64,000 nt of DNA, from the NCBI GenBank assembly GCA_951406725.2, contig OX597835.1, positions 44,330,001 to 44,394,000 of the forward strand, written 5' to 3'. Origin of the DNA: Octopus vulgaris. Lineage: Eukaryota. Below, piece by piece: positions 15,241 through 29,280 of the stretch (position 1 is its first letter; every line of letters begins with the position of its first letter). Both the position numbers and the translations under genes were made by a program. The notes beneath the pieces are model-generated. The model saw only the letters and a list, made by a program, of their open reading frames with translations, did no database searches and was not told the origin of the DNA.

Positions 15241-15339
15241 ATTTGACTACATTATTAAAGATAAAGCTAGAATGGTGGTCTTAGAGAAATAAAAAGTTTG
15301 TCGGAGGAATAAAAAAATAACCTCATCTATTTTAGAAGA

Positions 15340-16075
15340 AACTGTTACCAGTTTTTGCTTTTTTTAATGTTTATTTGGAATTAGTTATCCACAGACGTAT
15401 GAACAACAACAATTGTATTCTGTCCGAATAACAATGGATTGCTTTCTGTTTTAAATGTCCACAAATTACTCTGTCAGAAATTTCTAAACACCGCTTTGTC
15501 AGAAATGTCAAGAGAATGTATCCTGTTATAAAATAATAAAGACAGACCACAATGCTAAAGAGAAAAGCGTAGAAGCCTTTATTTATTTCAAAGGACCACC
15601 TCGTCTTTTACTCCGTTGAATTCTGAGTATGAGACTTTGTGCCTGAATATATAAAGATTTTGAAACTTTTCTGTTTCGCATTGAAAGAAAATGCATCTCT
15701 ATTATTTTGTTATTTTATTTCTGTATCACAATGCTTCAAGCAAGCTGCAACGTTCTTCATTCTGTTATAAATTACAAGAAATTACCTTCTGTCAAAAATG
15801 TCAAGGTATTACGTATATGCTGTCAGAAATTTTAACAAATTGTTTTCTGTTGAAAATGTCAAGACGTTATGCTTTGTCAAAATTTATTAGCAACCTGCCT
15901 TCTCTCAAAACTCTCAAGATATGATATTTGGCCTAAAAAATTTTAACAAATTCTTCTCTCTGAAATTTTATTTCTCTTTTGTCAATAATTATACGAAAAT
16001 ATGTTCTGTTACAAAATCCAACAAGTTGTTCTCTGTTATGTATTTCAGTAAGATGCTTTTTGTCAAAAATCTCAA
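15340..16075. repeat. Degenerate minisatellite (about 29 bp, tctgtcagaaat.tcaa-like unit)
   Basis: Recurrent TCTGTCAGAAAT/TCTGTTANAAAT motifs at regular spacing. Confidence 0.55.
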
Positions 16076-16497
16076 ATATATTAAAAGGTCACGTGCACAG
16101 TGAACAGCAAAACTGACCATGGCGTTGTATATATTCACTCTTAACAAGGTAGATTCGAACGTGAATACGCTTATCGCTGCGGTATTTTGTCTAAAGACAA
16201 CAAGTTCGTCTCAGGCGTTCAGAACACATTCGATTCATTGAAGTAAGGTGACTTTGCTTCGTTGCAGTATTTCAGCGTATGTGAGTCTCTTCCACCAAAG
16301 CTGTTCTCAGATCAATGAAGCTAAACAAGAATTAGGACTCTTGTTTATTAGGAAACTGTAAACGGTTTATTTTGTGATGTACTCTGATGCATGCCAAACC
16401 GAAAATAAATCGCCACGTATTCGAAAAGCAGCATAAATCAATTCAATGTTACATATATTCATACATAATACGTTCCGACACACACGAATGGGATTAT

Positions 16498-16889
16498 GTG
16501 GAGTGGAAGCACTCCGTCGGTTACGACGATGAGGGTTCCGGTTGATTCGAATCAACGGAACAGCCTGCTCGTGAAATTAACGTGTAAGTGGCTGAGCACT
16601 CCACAGACACGTGCACCCTTAATGTAGTTCTCGGGGATATTCAGCGTGACACAGAGAGTGACAAGGCCGGCCCCTTGAAATACAGGTACAACAGAAACAG
16701 GAAGTAAGAGTGAGAGAAAGTTGTGGTGAAAGAGTACAGCAGGGATCACCTTCATCCCCTGCCGGAGCCTCGTGGAGCTTTTAGGTGTTTTCGCTTAATA
16801 AACACTCACAACGCCCGGTCTGGGAATCGAAACCACGATCCTATGACCGCGAGTCCGGTGCCCTAACCACTAGGCCATTGCGCCTCCAC
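16498..16889 (-). mobile_element. tRNA-derived SINE family C, full length with 12-bp TSD
   Basis: Minus-strand head GTGGAGGCGCAATGGCCTAGTGGTTAGG...GGTTTCGATTCCC (A and B boxes); flanking direct repeat GAATGGGATTAT at 16486-16497 and 16891-16902. Confidence 0.9.
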
Positions 16890-17442
16890 TGAATGGGATT
16901 ATAACTCCTTTCAGACACCCTCGACAAATTGTGGTCCCTTTTGGGACTTTCATTATATTGCATTCTCTCAGAAAGTTAAAAAAACTTATCGTTTTCTGTG
17001 AGGCATTTGAACAAATGTTTTCCTCGTCAGCACGCAGTTTCTTTCTGGTAACTAATTTCTCTGTGGTATTCCATTATATTCTTGAACTCTGTTGATATAC
17101 TTCTACTACCCATTCTTGCTTTGTTGAAGGTTCGTTGATATCTGCTGTCAACCGGAACGTTTCTCGCGCACATTCTGAACAACTCTTCAAACTTAATTGT
17201 AATTCGAGTGATGATAAATCGCGTTGCTAGATTTGTACAAAGCTCCGTTCTAAACTATCCTCGCGTTCCGAGTATGTTTTCAAATTTTCAGTCGCATTTC
17301 AGGATAAATTTCCATTGTTCAAAGCTTAGTATGGTTCACTCCTTTTCTTCTCACGGATTACATCTGACAACCAAAAGACAAAAAAAAAAAACAAAAAAAA
17401 ACTGAAAACGAGTGAGTTACGGGTGCAGGTTTGGCTATAAGG

Positions 17443-17722
17443 ACAGGAGGTGTGGTGTGGGGTAAGAAGTTTGCTTGCCCACCACATGGTTCCGGGTCAG
17501 TCCACCACATGGTTCCGTCGTATATGTGTATATGTGTCCCACCACCGCATGGTAATCGGTGTTAATGTGTTTCCGTTCCCAAAAGAGGTCGATCGAATAA
17601 GTACCAGGCTCAACAAGAAATAAGGACCGGGGTCGATTCATTCGACTAAAAATTCTATAAGTCCGTGCCCCAGCCTGGCCGCACTCTAATGACTGCGATG
17701 AGTAAAAAATAAAAGATAAAAA
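17443..17722 (+). mobile_element. Diverged, internally deleted SINE family A
   Basis: caggagg..tgtgg..taagaagtttgct..ccacatggttccgg head and gaataagtaccaggct...ggggtcgattcattcgact tail. Confidence 0.65.
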
Positions 17723-18179
17723 CATGATACCAGCTGTTTACGTGGGCGTGGGTCATTTTTGGGTCGAAACACACGAGTCCAAGGACAAACCGCGTATGAC
17801 CAATGTGATTTACATATTTGACCGTAAAACCGAATGCTGCAAAATTCTGGACACTGTCTGTGACAGTGGATCGATTGCTGCATCTCTGTGGCATTGGTTC
17901 CTCCGTGCAATACCAACCTGGATCGATTGTACATTATATCGTACATCGCAAAAGAAAATTTGGAAAGTTATAGAAGACAACTCTGACTATGTAATATTCC
18001 TCACAAAAATAGAAAGCAAATTATGGAAAGCAATACACACGTACATGCATTCATGCATGACATATACTACATTCATACATGCATACATGCATACATACGT
18101 ATATGAATGCATGGAATCTAATAATACACTCGTCTGTTAATGCACTGATTCAACAGTTTATATTTAAAGTCTATATAGA

Positions 18180-18220
18180 GATCCGTATACATATACATAA
18201 AAAAACACACACATAGACAT

Positions 18221-18255
<35 letters not shown>

Positions 18256-18353
18256 CGTGAGTATATATTTCTATGTAAATGCACATATACATACATACAC
18301 ATGCACACAGAAATATGGGTGCTCTACATACATACATACCCACGTGCTTACAT

Positions 18354-18408
<55 letters not shown>

Positions 18409-18614
18409 CGCACACATATATACATATATATATGTATATGTGTATATATATGTATATATATATATATATATATATTTATGTATATATGCGCATATATATT
18501 TATACAAGTGTATATATATATATACACATATACATACCTATATGTATATAAATACGAATACACACATATATGCACATGTCAAATCTATCCGATTTGCTTT
18601 ATATTTATTTTGTC

Positions 18615-18668
<54 letters not shown>

Positions 18669-18826
18669 TATATATACATACATATATACATATGCACACA
18701 TATATATATATGTATGTATGTATATATATAACTATCTATATATTTCTCTATATATATATATATATATATGTGTCATATATATATGTTTCAATATATATGT
18801 ATATATATATATATACATATGTGTGC

Positions 18827-18872
<46 letters not shown>

Positions 18873-18982
18873 GCATATATATGTATATATATATGTATAC
18901 ATATGTGTGCATGTGTGTATATATATATATATATATATATGTCTATCTATCTCTCTATCTCTATACATATGCATATACATAC

Positions 18983-19066
<84 letters not shown>

Positions 19067-19070
19067 CCAC
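18180..19070. repeat. Compound (TA)n/(CA)n/(TATG)n microsatellite
   Basis: Directly visible. Confidence 0.95.
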
Positions 19071-19676
19071 TGCAATGTTTATTGGTTTTTACTATTTTCT
19101 TCTTTACTTTCAATTTTCAGATAATAATTCAGTTAATGAATTTAAGGCATTAAATAAATCCTCGTAGAAATCCAGGAATAATCTAAGAGAATGGTTAATC
19201 TTCAAGATGCAATGAATGACTTAAAAATAGAAATTCTTCTTTCTGTAAAGTTCTTTACAATGCAGGAATTATTGTCAAAATGCATTTGGGAAAGCTAACT
19301 CTATAGCGAAATTTAAATTTAAGTCGGGATCATTTCGACGTCTATTTACAGCGTTTTGTGCCAGCTTCCTACTGTGGCGTTTCGTCAGTAATATGGCGGC
19401 TCATGTGTGCGTTCACATGCAGGTCTCTACGTGTGTTACCGAAGTTGTTTTCGTTCGTCTTTAGAGTTTATTTATCAATTTCTTCTTTGTATCAATTTCT
19501 CTTTATATTTTTTTAAAAACTCGTTTATGTATTATATTTATATCTTTATTTCGTTGTTGGTTATTTTTTTTTGTTTGTTTTCTCTTTATATATTGTTTTC
19601 ATCTTAAAGGAGTGTAGGTGCTGCTTCCCTATTTTCATTTTTGTCTACTCCTACTACAGCTGCTACCACAACTAAT

Positions 19677-19685
19677 TATGATGAC

Positions 19686-19727
<42 letters not shown>

Positions 19728-19942
19728 AATAATAATAATAATAATAATAATCGCCATCATCATCACTATCACCATAGTTTTGTCATTACTATCATCATGA
19801 TCACTATGGTGATGGCTATCGAGATGATGATGATGATGTTGCTGCTGCTACTACTACTACTACTACTACTACTAGCTTCAAATTTTGCCAGAAGGGCGGC
19901 AGTTTTGAGGGAGGAGTTAATAATAATAATCATAATAATAAT

Positions 19943-19982
<40 letters not shown>

Positions 19983-20024
19983 GTAATGATGATGATGATG
20001 ATAATAATAATAATAATAATAATA

Positions 20025-20057
<33 letters not shown>

Positions 20058-20061
20058 ATAG

Positions 20062-20095
<34 letters not shown>

Positions 20096-20120
20096 GATGG
20101 TGATGATGATGATTATGGTG

Positions 20121-20157
<37 letters not shown>

Positions 20158-20407
20158 TGATGATGCTGGTGTTAGATTTACTGCTGCTGCTTGTTATCAT
20201 TTCTACGACAGTTGCTGAAGTCGTTTCTTTCTTGTGGAATTGGTGGTGCTTAGGAGCGATATCCTTCTTGTTCTTCCTCGCGTTGTTGTTGCTGTGGTTG
20301 TTGCTACTGATGCTGCTGATAGTGTTACTATGTATAAAAGCTCAATGCAGATTGAAATAAAAGGTATCCATCCCTCCATATATCTATATCTCTATATGTA
20401 TATGTAT

Positions 20408-20455
<48 letters not shown>

Positions 20456-20821
20456 GTGTATATGTATATACATATATATATATGTATGTATTTATATGTA
20501 TAGATATATACATATAAACCTATATATATGTATATATACACGTATATATATGTACGTATATATATATATGTATATATACACATATATACATATATATATA
20601 CGTATATATATGTATATGTATATGTATATGTATATATATATATATGTACATATATATATACATGTATATATATATCCCTATAAATATGTATATATCGATG
20701 CATATGTTATATATATATATATATATGTACCCCCACACACATATATATATACGTATATATGTATACATATACATATATACATATATATATATATGTATAT
20801 GTATATGTATATTTATATATG

Positions 20822-20852
<31 letters not shown>

Positions 20853-20917
20853 ATATATATATCTCTATATATATGTATATATCTATGCATATGTTTTATA
20901 TATATATGTATACACAC

Positions 20918-20959
<42 letters not shown>

Positions 20960-20960
20960 A
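19677..20960. repeat. (ATG)n/(ATA)n/(CTA)n trinucleotide block followed by a (TA)n-rich block
   Basis: Directly visible. Confidence 0.9.
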
Positions 20961-21174
20961 AGTTTTATACGTGAATACATACAAGCACATGTTGAAATAC
21001 AGAAATAGACGCACAAATATTAGGAGAGATTTATGTATATAAGCAGAAAGGAAATGATTAATAGCTAAATAAATAGGAAGTGCGTGCGGACGTACGTATA
21101 TGCGTGACTATGTGTATGTGTGTGTGCGTATTTGTATGCGTGAGTATGTGTGTTTATGAGTATCTGTGTGTCTA

Positions 21175-21214
<40 letters not shown>

Positions 21215-21551
21215 CACGAGATTAGGTCTGTGAAGCAGAAATGAGTGAGGGAGCATTGGAGAAAGGTAGAGAAAGAGAGAGAGAGAGACAGAGAGAGAGA
21301 GAGAAAGATTGAGAGAGACTGTTTATAATAAGATACACTTAAATCTTTTATCTATTCTTAAATATACAGGTTTTCGTTTCCCACCCTCAAAATACAAACG
21401 TATTTTATCTCTCTATGTATGTATGCATGTATGTATGTATGTATGTATGTATGTATGTATGTATGTATGTATGTATGTATGTATGTATGTCTGTATGTAT
21501 GTATGTATGTATGTATCTATCTATCTATCTCTCTATCTATCCATCCATCTA

Positions 21552-21586
<35 letters not shown>

Positions 21587-21996
21587 TTCTATCTATCTAT
21601 ACATCCCCCTCTCTCGTTGTCTGTACACACACACACACACATCCGAAACCACGAAGCCTATATACCTATAGGTAAAGAACGACATGATCTATAATCAATC
21701 AAGCGAAACCGAATACATCAAACGAGCTACCGTTTGAAAAATAATTGACGAGACACATCTACATCGAAGGATGCACCATAAAGTATTGCATAGTATATCA
21801 GCCGTGGTCAGGGATTGATGTAAGTTGGGCCCAAACGATCGTTGTCATTAATAACCTCATGAATTCCATTTTCTCTTTCTCTCATCTTTTACATGTATGT
21901 GTGTGTGGGTGTGTGTATGTGTGTCTTTTGGTTGTATATATATATATATATACGCGCGCGTGCATACATATATGTTAGTATACATATATATAGATA

Positions 21997-22853
21997 CGAG
22001 GTCTGACCATTTGGTATCCGGACTGTTGCCATAGTAACGGAGCTAAAGCAAGTAGAGTGAAGCGGCTTGGCATAGAGTGACCTTAAACTCTCTTGCGGAT
22101 GCACACTTAGTTTTCACGTTCTAGCTTACTTCTGCTCTTTACAGGAGGGCTTGGAAGGAACGTGTGTAGCGTGTGATCGTCGTATTGAACATGACAGAGA
22201 AAGTTGTCATGGCGATACCTGCTCAGAGGCCTATACAAAGTTGCAGAAAGTGTATGGAAAGGAGTGCATGAGGTGCACACAGGTTTACGAGTGGTTCAGA
22301 CTTTTCGAAGATGGCCAAAAAAAAATGTCGATATCGGCGAACGTTCTGGGAGACCATTCAACCAACAGAATTGGTGGAAAAACATCGTAGATGTGCATGG
22401 AGCTGTGAGGGGAAATCGTAGAATCACCAGCCGTGAGTCGTCAGTGGATGTTCAGATTAGCTACGATTCAGTTCAGTCCGTTATCATTGAAGTTTTTGCC
22501 AAAACTGTTTTCAGTTGACCAAGGAGACGCTAGGGTTTCAGTCGCTCTAGATCACTTAGTTTGCATCGAGAGCGATGAAATCCTTTTAAAAACTTTGCGG
22601 GTTTCGCCAAGCTTTTGAAAAGATTTCATGCAGGTTCTCTATTCAACGTCCTCTGTCATGTTCAATGCGACGATCACACGCTACACGCGTTCCTTCCAAG
22701 CACTGCTGTAAACAGAGGAAGTGAGCTAGAACTTTAGAAGTTAGAGTGCGTGCACAGAAGTGTTCAAAGTCACTCTTTGCCAAGCGGCTTCACAATGCGC
22801 CCTTTAGTTTCGTTACTAAGGCAATAATCCGGATACTTATTGATCAAACCGCG
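21997..22853 (+). mobile_element. Mariner-derived non-autonomous element with long inverted ends
   Basis: TA|CGAGGTCTGACCA..GTATCCGGA terminus mirrored at ...TCCGGATACTTATTGATCAAACCGCG|TA. The interior encodes a mariner N-terminal HTH remnant (SEAYTKLQKVYGKECMRCTQVYEWFRLFEDG; ERSGRP; NRRIT). The right about 200 bp is an inverted copy of the left end. Confidence 0.82.
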
Positions 22854-23052
22854 TATATATATGTATGTATGTATATATGTATGTATGTATGTATATATAC
22901 TTGTGTATTTTGTGTATGTTTTTATGTGACATTTATGTGTATGGATATGTATGTATAAACATATATATATCTACTTGTCTAACTATCTGTTATTCTATCT
23001 TTTGGCGTGTTTCTTTCTTTCTCTATCTATCTATCAATCAATCAATCAATCA

Positions 23053-23090
<38 letters not shown>

Positions 23091-23091
23091 A

Positions 23092-23122
<31 letters not shown>

Positions 23123-23421
23123 ATGCATATTTCTGATCTAACATCTATGCGCGAATATTGAAAACTCTGAAAAACATTAATGTATTTGAGTGAAGATCTT
23201 CTAAAGTATCTGAGGTTTAAGTGATTTGCCTCGAGTCTGAGATCTGAGAAAGTAATATGATTATGGTGATGGTCTCATAAAAAAAGTTGTGATTTTCCAA
23301 ATAAGGCCATATATATATAGATACACATACACACACATATATACATATAGACAAACAAATATATGTATATATACATATAGACAAATATATATATATTTGT
23401 CTATGTGTATGTTTTAAAATC

Positions 23422-23452
<31 letters not shown>

Positions 23453-24027
23453 ATGTGGTTATATAAAGTGTCACTAAGTTAAACATCTAAAATGAACCCC
23501 CAGAGTATGGGTTCGCATAATTAATTCAGGTAAAAGTTTGCTGAAAAGTGTAGACAAGTAGGTTTTTGCTTCATTGAAATACTCTCTCTCTCAGGGAGGA
23601 ACAAGCGAAATAAACCCAACAGCAATGGTTAAAAATCTTTAGGGAAGAAGAGCAGATAAATTTTAAATACTTTAATATAATTGCGTATTTACATATTGGG
23701 TACATTCTAATCATGGCAGCTAGGCAGACTATATTAAGAGTTAGTGACACGAATTACGTTCGAATTCAGCAATTTATTATGTTCAACAGCTTCTTGCCTA
23801 TGGAAGTATTTTTTGCCAACGAAAATTTGCATATTATAAATTTGCATAATAAAAAACTGGGCTGAGAGAAATATCTCTCAGGTGGCCATGATTAGGGGTT
23901 TTCTCATATGATTTAAGTAAACTGGATGTAACACATCATGTTTGATTTATTGTAATTTTCTCTAGTCAGAAATTAAAGACAAAAAAAAAGCAGTTGTTGA
24001 AATGAAATATCTACGATATATATATAA

Positions 24028-24067
<40 letters not shown>

Positions 24068-24282
24068 CGATATATATATAACGAGCGAATTTCCGACCGA
24101 TCAAATTATAGACACGAGTTGTTCTTTAACGTCTTCATCAGCAGATATATACTTTTTTATGAACACACGCACACACACACATGCACTCACGTACACACAC
24201 GTGCACACAGAGTAAAAGCATTCATACACACACATACAAATAGACAAACAGACACAAACGCACGCGCGCGCGCACCCACATA

Positions 24283-25868
24283 CAGTGGGGGGGAAATAGA
24301 TATTCTTTATGTATTTAATTTCTAATGAACATAAATGGGATATACCAATACTATATTTGCATACACATGCATAAACTAAGAATATGCAAAAGAAACTAAT
24401 AAATTATAGTAACTAATGAATTTATATACAATTATAAATATTTAGGGGTGAAAAAAGTATTCGTACAGAACATAAATAACTGATAATTCTGATTTAATAC
24501 TTCGTAGCATAACCATTATTCAGTTCTACTTCAACCAATCTCTTTTGTAGTTCTTAATCAATGACTCGCATGTTTCTTTAGGAATTTTTTCCCATTCTTC
24601 TTGACAAATTTTCTTCAAATCTGCAATGCACGTTGGGGCTCTTGAATGAATTTTAATTTTCAAATAACGCCACAAATTTTCAATGGGGTTCAAGTCAGGT
24701 GACTGGCTTGGCCATTCTAATAATTTTATATGTGATCGACGATCCATTTTTTTGGTAGACTTTGCAATGTGTTATCCTGTTGTAAAACCCACCCTTCACA
24801 AAGCTGGAGCTTTTCTACAGAGTCCCATAAATCATTGTTCAAAATATTTTGGTACATCTCTGCATTCATTCTACCATCTATCACATGTAAATTGCCAGTA
24901 CCATTTGCAGAGAAACACCCCCACACCATGATGTTGCCACCTCCAAACTTTATGGTAGGAATTGTGTTTTTCGGCGAATAGGTGGTACCATCTTTCCTCC
25001 GAACATGGCTACGCGAATTTCGTCCAAACAATTCAATTTTCGACTCGTCTGTCCATAGAACATTTTCCCAGAATGTATCAGGTTTATCTTTATGTTCATA
25101 AACAAATTTTAAACGGGCATCTCTATGCCTTTTAGTCAACAGCGGAGTTTTTCTAGGAGAGCGTGATTTCAGTTCATTCCTATGAAGTTCATTGCTGATT
25201 GTTCGTAGTGTAACACTAGTCCCTGAAGCTAACAAATCTTCTTGCAACTCTTTTCTGGTGATCATTGCGTTTTTTTTCGATTCTTCGCTTCATTTTTCTT
25301 AAAGATCTAGGGGAAATCTTGCATGGTGCACTGGATCTTATTCCGTTTTCAACAGTTCCCAACTTTTTAATATTTTTGAATAAATGAAGATATGGTAGAA
25401 AATGGAATACAAAGGGTCTCTGATATTTTCCTGTAACTTTTACCTGTTTTCCATTGTTCAATAATTAAATTTTTCACTGAATTTGTGAGTTCTTTACTTT
25501 TCGCCATTATTACAATACTGCTTTATGTTGTCTCAATGTTGAATGAAGAAACTAGTGTTTTGACACTTAAAAATGACAACTGATAAGATTATTGGAACAA
25601 ACGAGAAAGTTCTAGTAAAAAAATTATTATTTTAACAGTATTTTGTGGCATAGAAAATCAAATTATTTCTGTACGAATACTTTTGTCATTCCTAAATATT
25701 TATAATTGTATATACATTTATTAGTTACTATAATTTATTAGTTTCTTTTGCATATTCTTAGTTTATGCATGTGTATGCAAATATAGTATTGGTATATCCC
25801 ATTTATGTTCATTAGAAATTAAATACATAAAGAATTTTGACATGTATGAATATTTATTCCCCCCCACT

Positions 25869-25869
<1 letters not shown>
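24283..25869 (-). mobile_element. Tc1-family DNA transposon, full length (about 1.59 kb), long TIRs, TA TSD
   Basis: TA|CAGTGGGGGGGAAATA ... TATTCCCCCCCACTG|TA; inverted repeats of about 190-200 bp (24283-24470 and 25667-25869). Confidence 0.95.
24494..25507 (-). pseudogene. Tc1 DDE transposase, frameshifted
   Basis: Starts MAKSKELT at 25507; contains [32 protein letters not shown] and WPSQSPDLNPIENLW, and ends GYATKY*. Split over three or more frames. Confidence 0.92.
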
Positions 25870-25905
<36 letters not shown>

Positions 25906-26244
25906 CCACAGCACACATTCGCAAACAAGCATCGTAAACTACGTTTTCAGTAAGTCTACAGGACTGTGTTTTCGCCATCAGCTGAACAAGACTAACGGGA
26001 AATTATTTTCAAAAATCCGTCCTGCGGCAGATGCAGCACGGATTTTTGTCAGTGAACAGGTCGCGGTTTTAAAGCGGTCTTAAAGCGACGAAAATATTTT
26101 GACAAATTAAACTTAAATGTTGAAGTGAATCGAACGGCTTTTGTGTGTTTCTTAAATGGCTTACAAACACCTTCCACGCTGCAATTGTTTTCGTCTCAGC
26201 ACACAATCTGAGATCAAATCACTTGCTATGCAAGTACATCTCCG

Positions 26245-26295
<51 letters not shown>

Positions 26296-26311
26296 GTAAA
26301 TGAATAAAAGT

Positions 26312-26620
26312 CTGACAAAATAATTTAAGTAAGGGAGAGTGTATTTAATTAGGTGAAAGTTCTTTTTACCGGTTGCGCATTTGTTATGCTTATCAAAAGA
26401 TATTTTTTAAAGAGAGATAGAGTTCCTTTCTGATAGATTTTTTTCTCTTATCTGATAAGAGAAAAAAATAAGAGAAAAAAGATAAGAGAAAAAAATCTAT
26501 CAGAAAGGAACTCTATCTCTCTTTAAAAATATCTTTTGATAAGCATAACAAATGCGCAACCGGTAAAAAGAACTTTCACCTAATTAAATACACTCTCCCT
26601 TACTTAACTTATTTTGTCAG
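26312..26620. repeat. Near-perfect palindrome (about 140 bp arms) between (TA)n tracts
   Basis: 26312-26453 is the reverse complement of 26480-26620. The spacer is repeated ATAAGAGAAAAAA, and each arm carries a decayed hammerhead-like motif. Confidence 0.9.
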
Positions 26621-26677
26621 CATTTTCTTTATTTCCTTTTTTTATATATCACAACTCGTGTTCCACATCTCCTTTTT

Positions 26678-26732
<55 letters not shown>

Positions 26733-27141
26733 AAAGCACAATCACCGCTTGGGCTACTTGATGTTTGCCACAGTAACGATATATTTTTTATCGGATCTAC
26801 CTCAGACAATCTGCAGTGTGTATTTAGTGTAGTGTTGGTAAATGAAGCGAAAGCTGGATTTAGCAGGAATCTTTATTAAGCACGATGATATTTTCCACCC
26901 ATCCTGGTTATTGCACATCAGTCAGTGCAGGCTGTGTCACTTCAGGTGCTGGCTATAGAGAAATATATACCGCTAGCTATACTGATATCTCCTTGATTGA
27001 TGCGACGCGATCAGATGCACAATATCTTACCCTTATGTGACAGATTTAGGATGGCTCGAGACGACCGCCATACTGGATAGGTTCGCACTGAATCCATCTT
27101 CCGTTTCCTTTCTCCACTATGCATTTACATAGGCATAAAGA

Positions 27142-27245
<104 letters not shown>

Positions 27246-27369
27246 AAAACAGGGTCATTCCTTAATATTTTGTTGAATGTATCATATAGTCTGTGACTAT
27301 TTCTATTTTCTCACTTGACCGCTGGTGGCAGAAAATTTTTCTTGAATTTTTTGTTACCCTTATATTGAT

Positions 27370-27431
<62 letters not shown>

Positions 27432-27527
27432 ATATCAATAATACAGTGATTGTTTCTTGTCAGGAACAAAAAGATTAATAGGACTGCTATAGAAGTGCTC
27501 TATTGAAAGAGACAAATATATCAAACT

Positions 27528-27842
27528 AAAGTTATTGAACAAACAAATGCAAACAAATGCAAGGTCATCCGCTTATCATTTCATAATTCGAACATTTAAT
27601 CATAGAATATACATATAAACATCCCGCAAGATGGAACATAATTCATCTTTACAAGCATACAAGCATATAATAATAATAATAATAATAATAAGGTGCGAGA
27701 AAAACATTTTTCATCACAGTTTAGAGTTAATACTTTAGCGATTCAGAAAAATACATTTTTTTAAAAAAACATTACAACACCTAGAAAGTAAAAATATAAT
27801 ATAAAGTAATATATAAAAATATATTGGTATATAAAAATATAT

Positions 27843-27893
<51 letters not shown>

Positions 27894-28272
27894 CGGCATA
27901 TAAAAAATATATATTATATATCATGTAAATAAAATAAAAGTTCATCGTTTAGAAATCTTATGAAATTATTATTCAAGTAAGAGAAGCCTTATAGTTAAAA
28001 AGGAAACTATATTTACTTATCCCTATGGCCATTCCAGGGGTGTATTATTATATTTAAAGCACTAGGGTGCATCAAGATAATACCTCCTTCGTCAGGGGAA
28101 AAAATACATAAAGACAGACATCATCGCGTACCAGGCTAGCGCAATGTTGTGTGCTTTCCTATTGAAGCATTTTACTTTCTAGGTGTTGTAATGTTTTTTT
28201 AAAAAAATGTATTTTTCTGAATCGCTAAAGTATTAACTCTAAACTGTGATGAAAAAAATTTTTTCTCACACC

Positions 28273-28317
<45 letters not shown>

Positions 28318-28440
28318 GCTTATATGCTTGTACAGATGAATTATGTTCCATCTTGCGGGATGTTTATATGTATATTCTATGATTAAATGTTCGAATTATG
28401 AAATGTTATGCGGATGACCTTGCATTTGTTTGTTCAATAA

Positions 28441-28444
<4 letters not shown>
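27528..28444. repeat. Inverted repeat (about 265 bp arms, about 375 bp spacer) among (TA)n tracts
   Basis: 27528-27793 (aagttattgaacaaacaaatgcaa...cctagaaagtaaaa) is mirrored at 28170-28444. Confidence 0.88.
28020..28099 (-). ncRNA. Type I hammerhead-like motif, one core substitution
   Basis: TCCC-CTGACGA-AGGAGGTATTAT...ATAATACACCCCT-GGAAT-GGCC-ATA-GGGA; GAAA reads GGAA. Confidence 0.6.
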
Positions 28445-28503
<59 letters not shown>

Positions 28504-28688
28504 AGGTTTGGAGATGATGCACAGGTATTATATATTAGAAGAAATGAGGTAATCAGAAGATCGGATGGTTCATATTTATAGATATCTATTTATATATTAC
28601 ATTTTTTACATATAGATATCATATCATTCAGATCATATCATTCGGATTATTAGCGCTTTCTCCCATTCCAGTGGGGTTTTCAAATCAA

Positions 28689-28719
<31 letters not shown>

Positions 28720-28785
28720 CCGAAGTAAGCACATAAATGTGAAACAAGGTGGAAAAAAGAGTACTCAAATACCAGTGGTAGAGTA

Positions 28786-28937
28786 ATATGCTTTATTTAA
28801 AGCAGCAGAAAATTATACAAAACCTGTTACTCTGAGTTTCCCGTTGCCGTTCGTCGGACAAACTGTCCAACGAACGGCAACGGGAAACTCAGGGTAACAG
28901 GTTTTGTTGAATTTTCTGCTGCTTTAAATAAAGTATA
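28786..28937. repeat. Hairpin element (about 75 bp arms, about 3 nt loop) with a hammerhead-like motif in each arm
   Basis: Minus arm TGT-CCGACGA-ACGGCAACGG-GAAAC-TCAGA-GTA-ACAG; plus arm CTGT-CCAACGA-...-GAAAC-TCAGG-GTA-ACAG; flanked by (TA)n. Confidence 0.8.
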
Positions 28938-29224
28938 TATATATATATATATATATATGTGTTTGTATGTGTGTGTATGTATATGTCTATATATATAATT
29001 CCATTGTTAATAATGGAATTTTCACTCCCTTATGACAATCCATAGTTCTCTTCCCGAGGAACTATTTTTGTGACGCACATGGTAAACTTTTTGAGGGTAA
29101 ATACGAATTCATTCGTCTATATGGATCTGGCCTGTGTTGATTATCTCCTGCTATCTCCAATGGCACGAGGTCGGGAGGCAAGAGGTATGTAAATTAACAT
29201 TTGCAAATCATTCTAATGGAATGT

Positions 29225-29280
29225 TGCGCTGAAAACGGGAATGAATTTGTTTATAATTCTGACACAGAAACGCGTCCGTA
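29225..29280 (+). ncRNA. Decayed hammerhead-like motif
   Basis: TGCG-CTGAAAA-...-GAAAC-GC-GTC-CGTA; G8 of CUGANGA is replaced by A. Confidence 0.45.

Noticed and set aside
17724-18140. 138-aa ORF in unique sequence
   Set aside because: No recognisable motif or clear splice signals; starts in a SINE tail and ends in a microsatellite.
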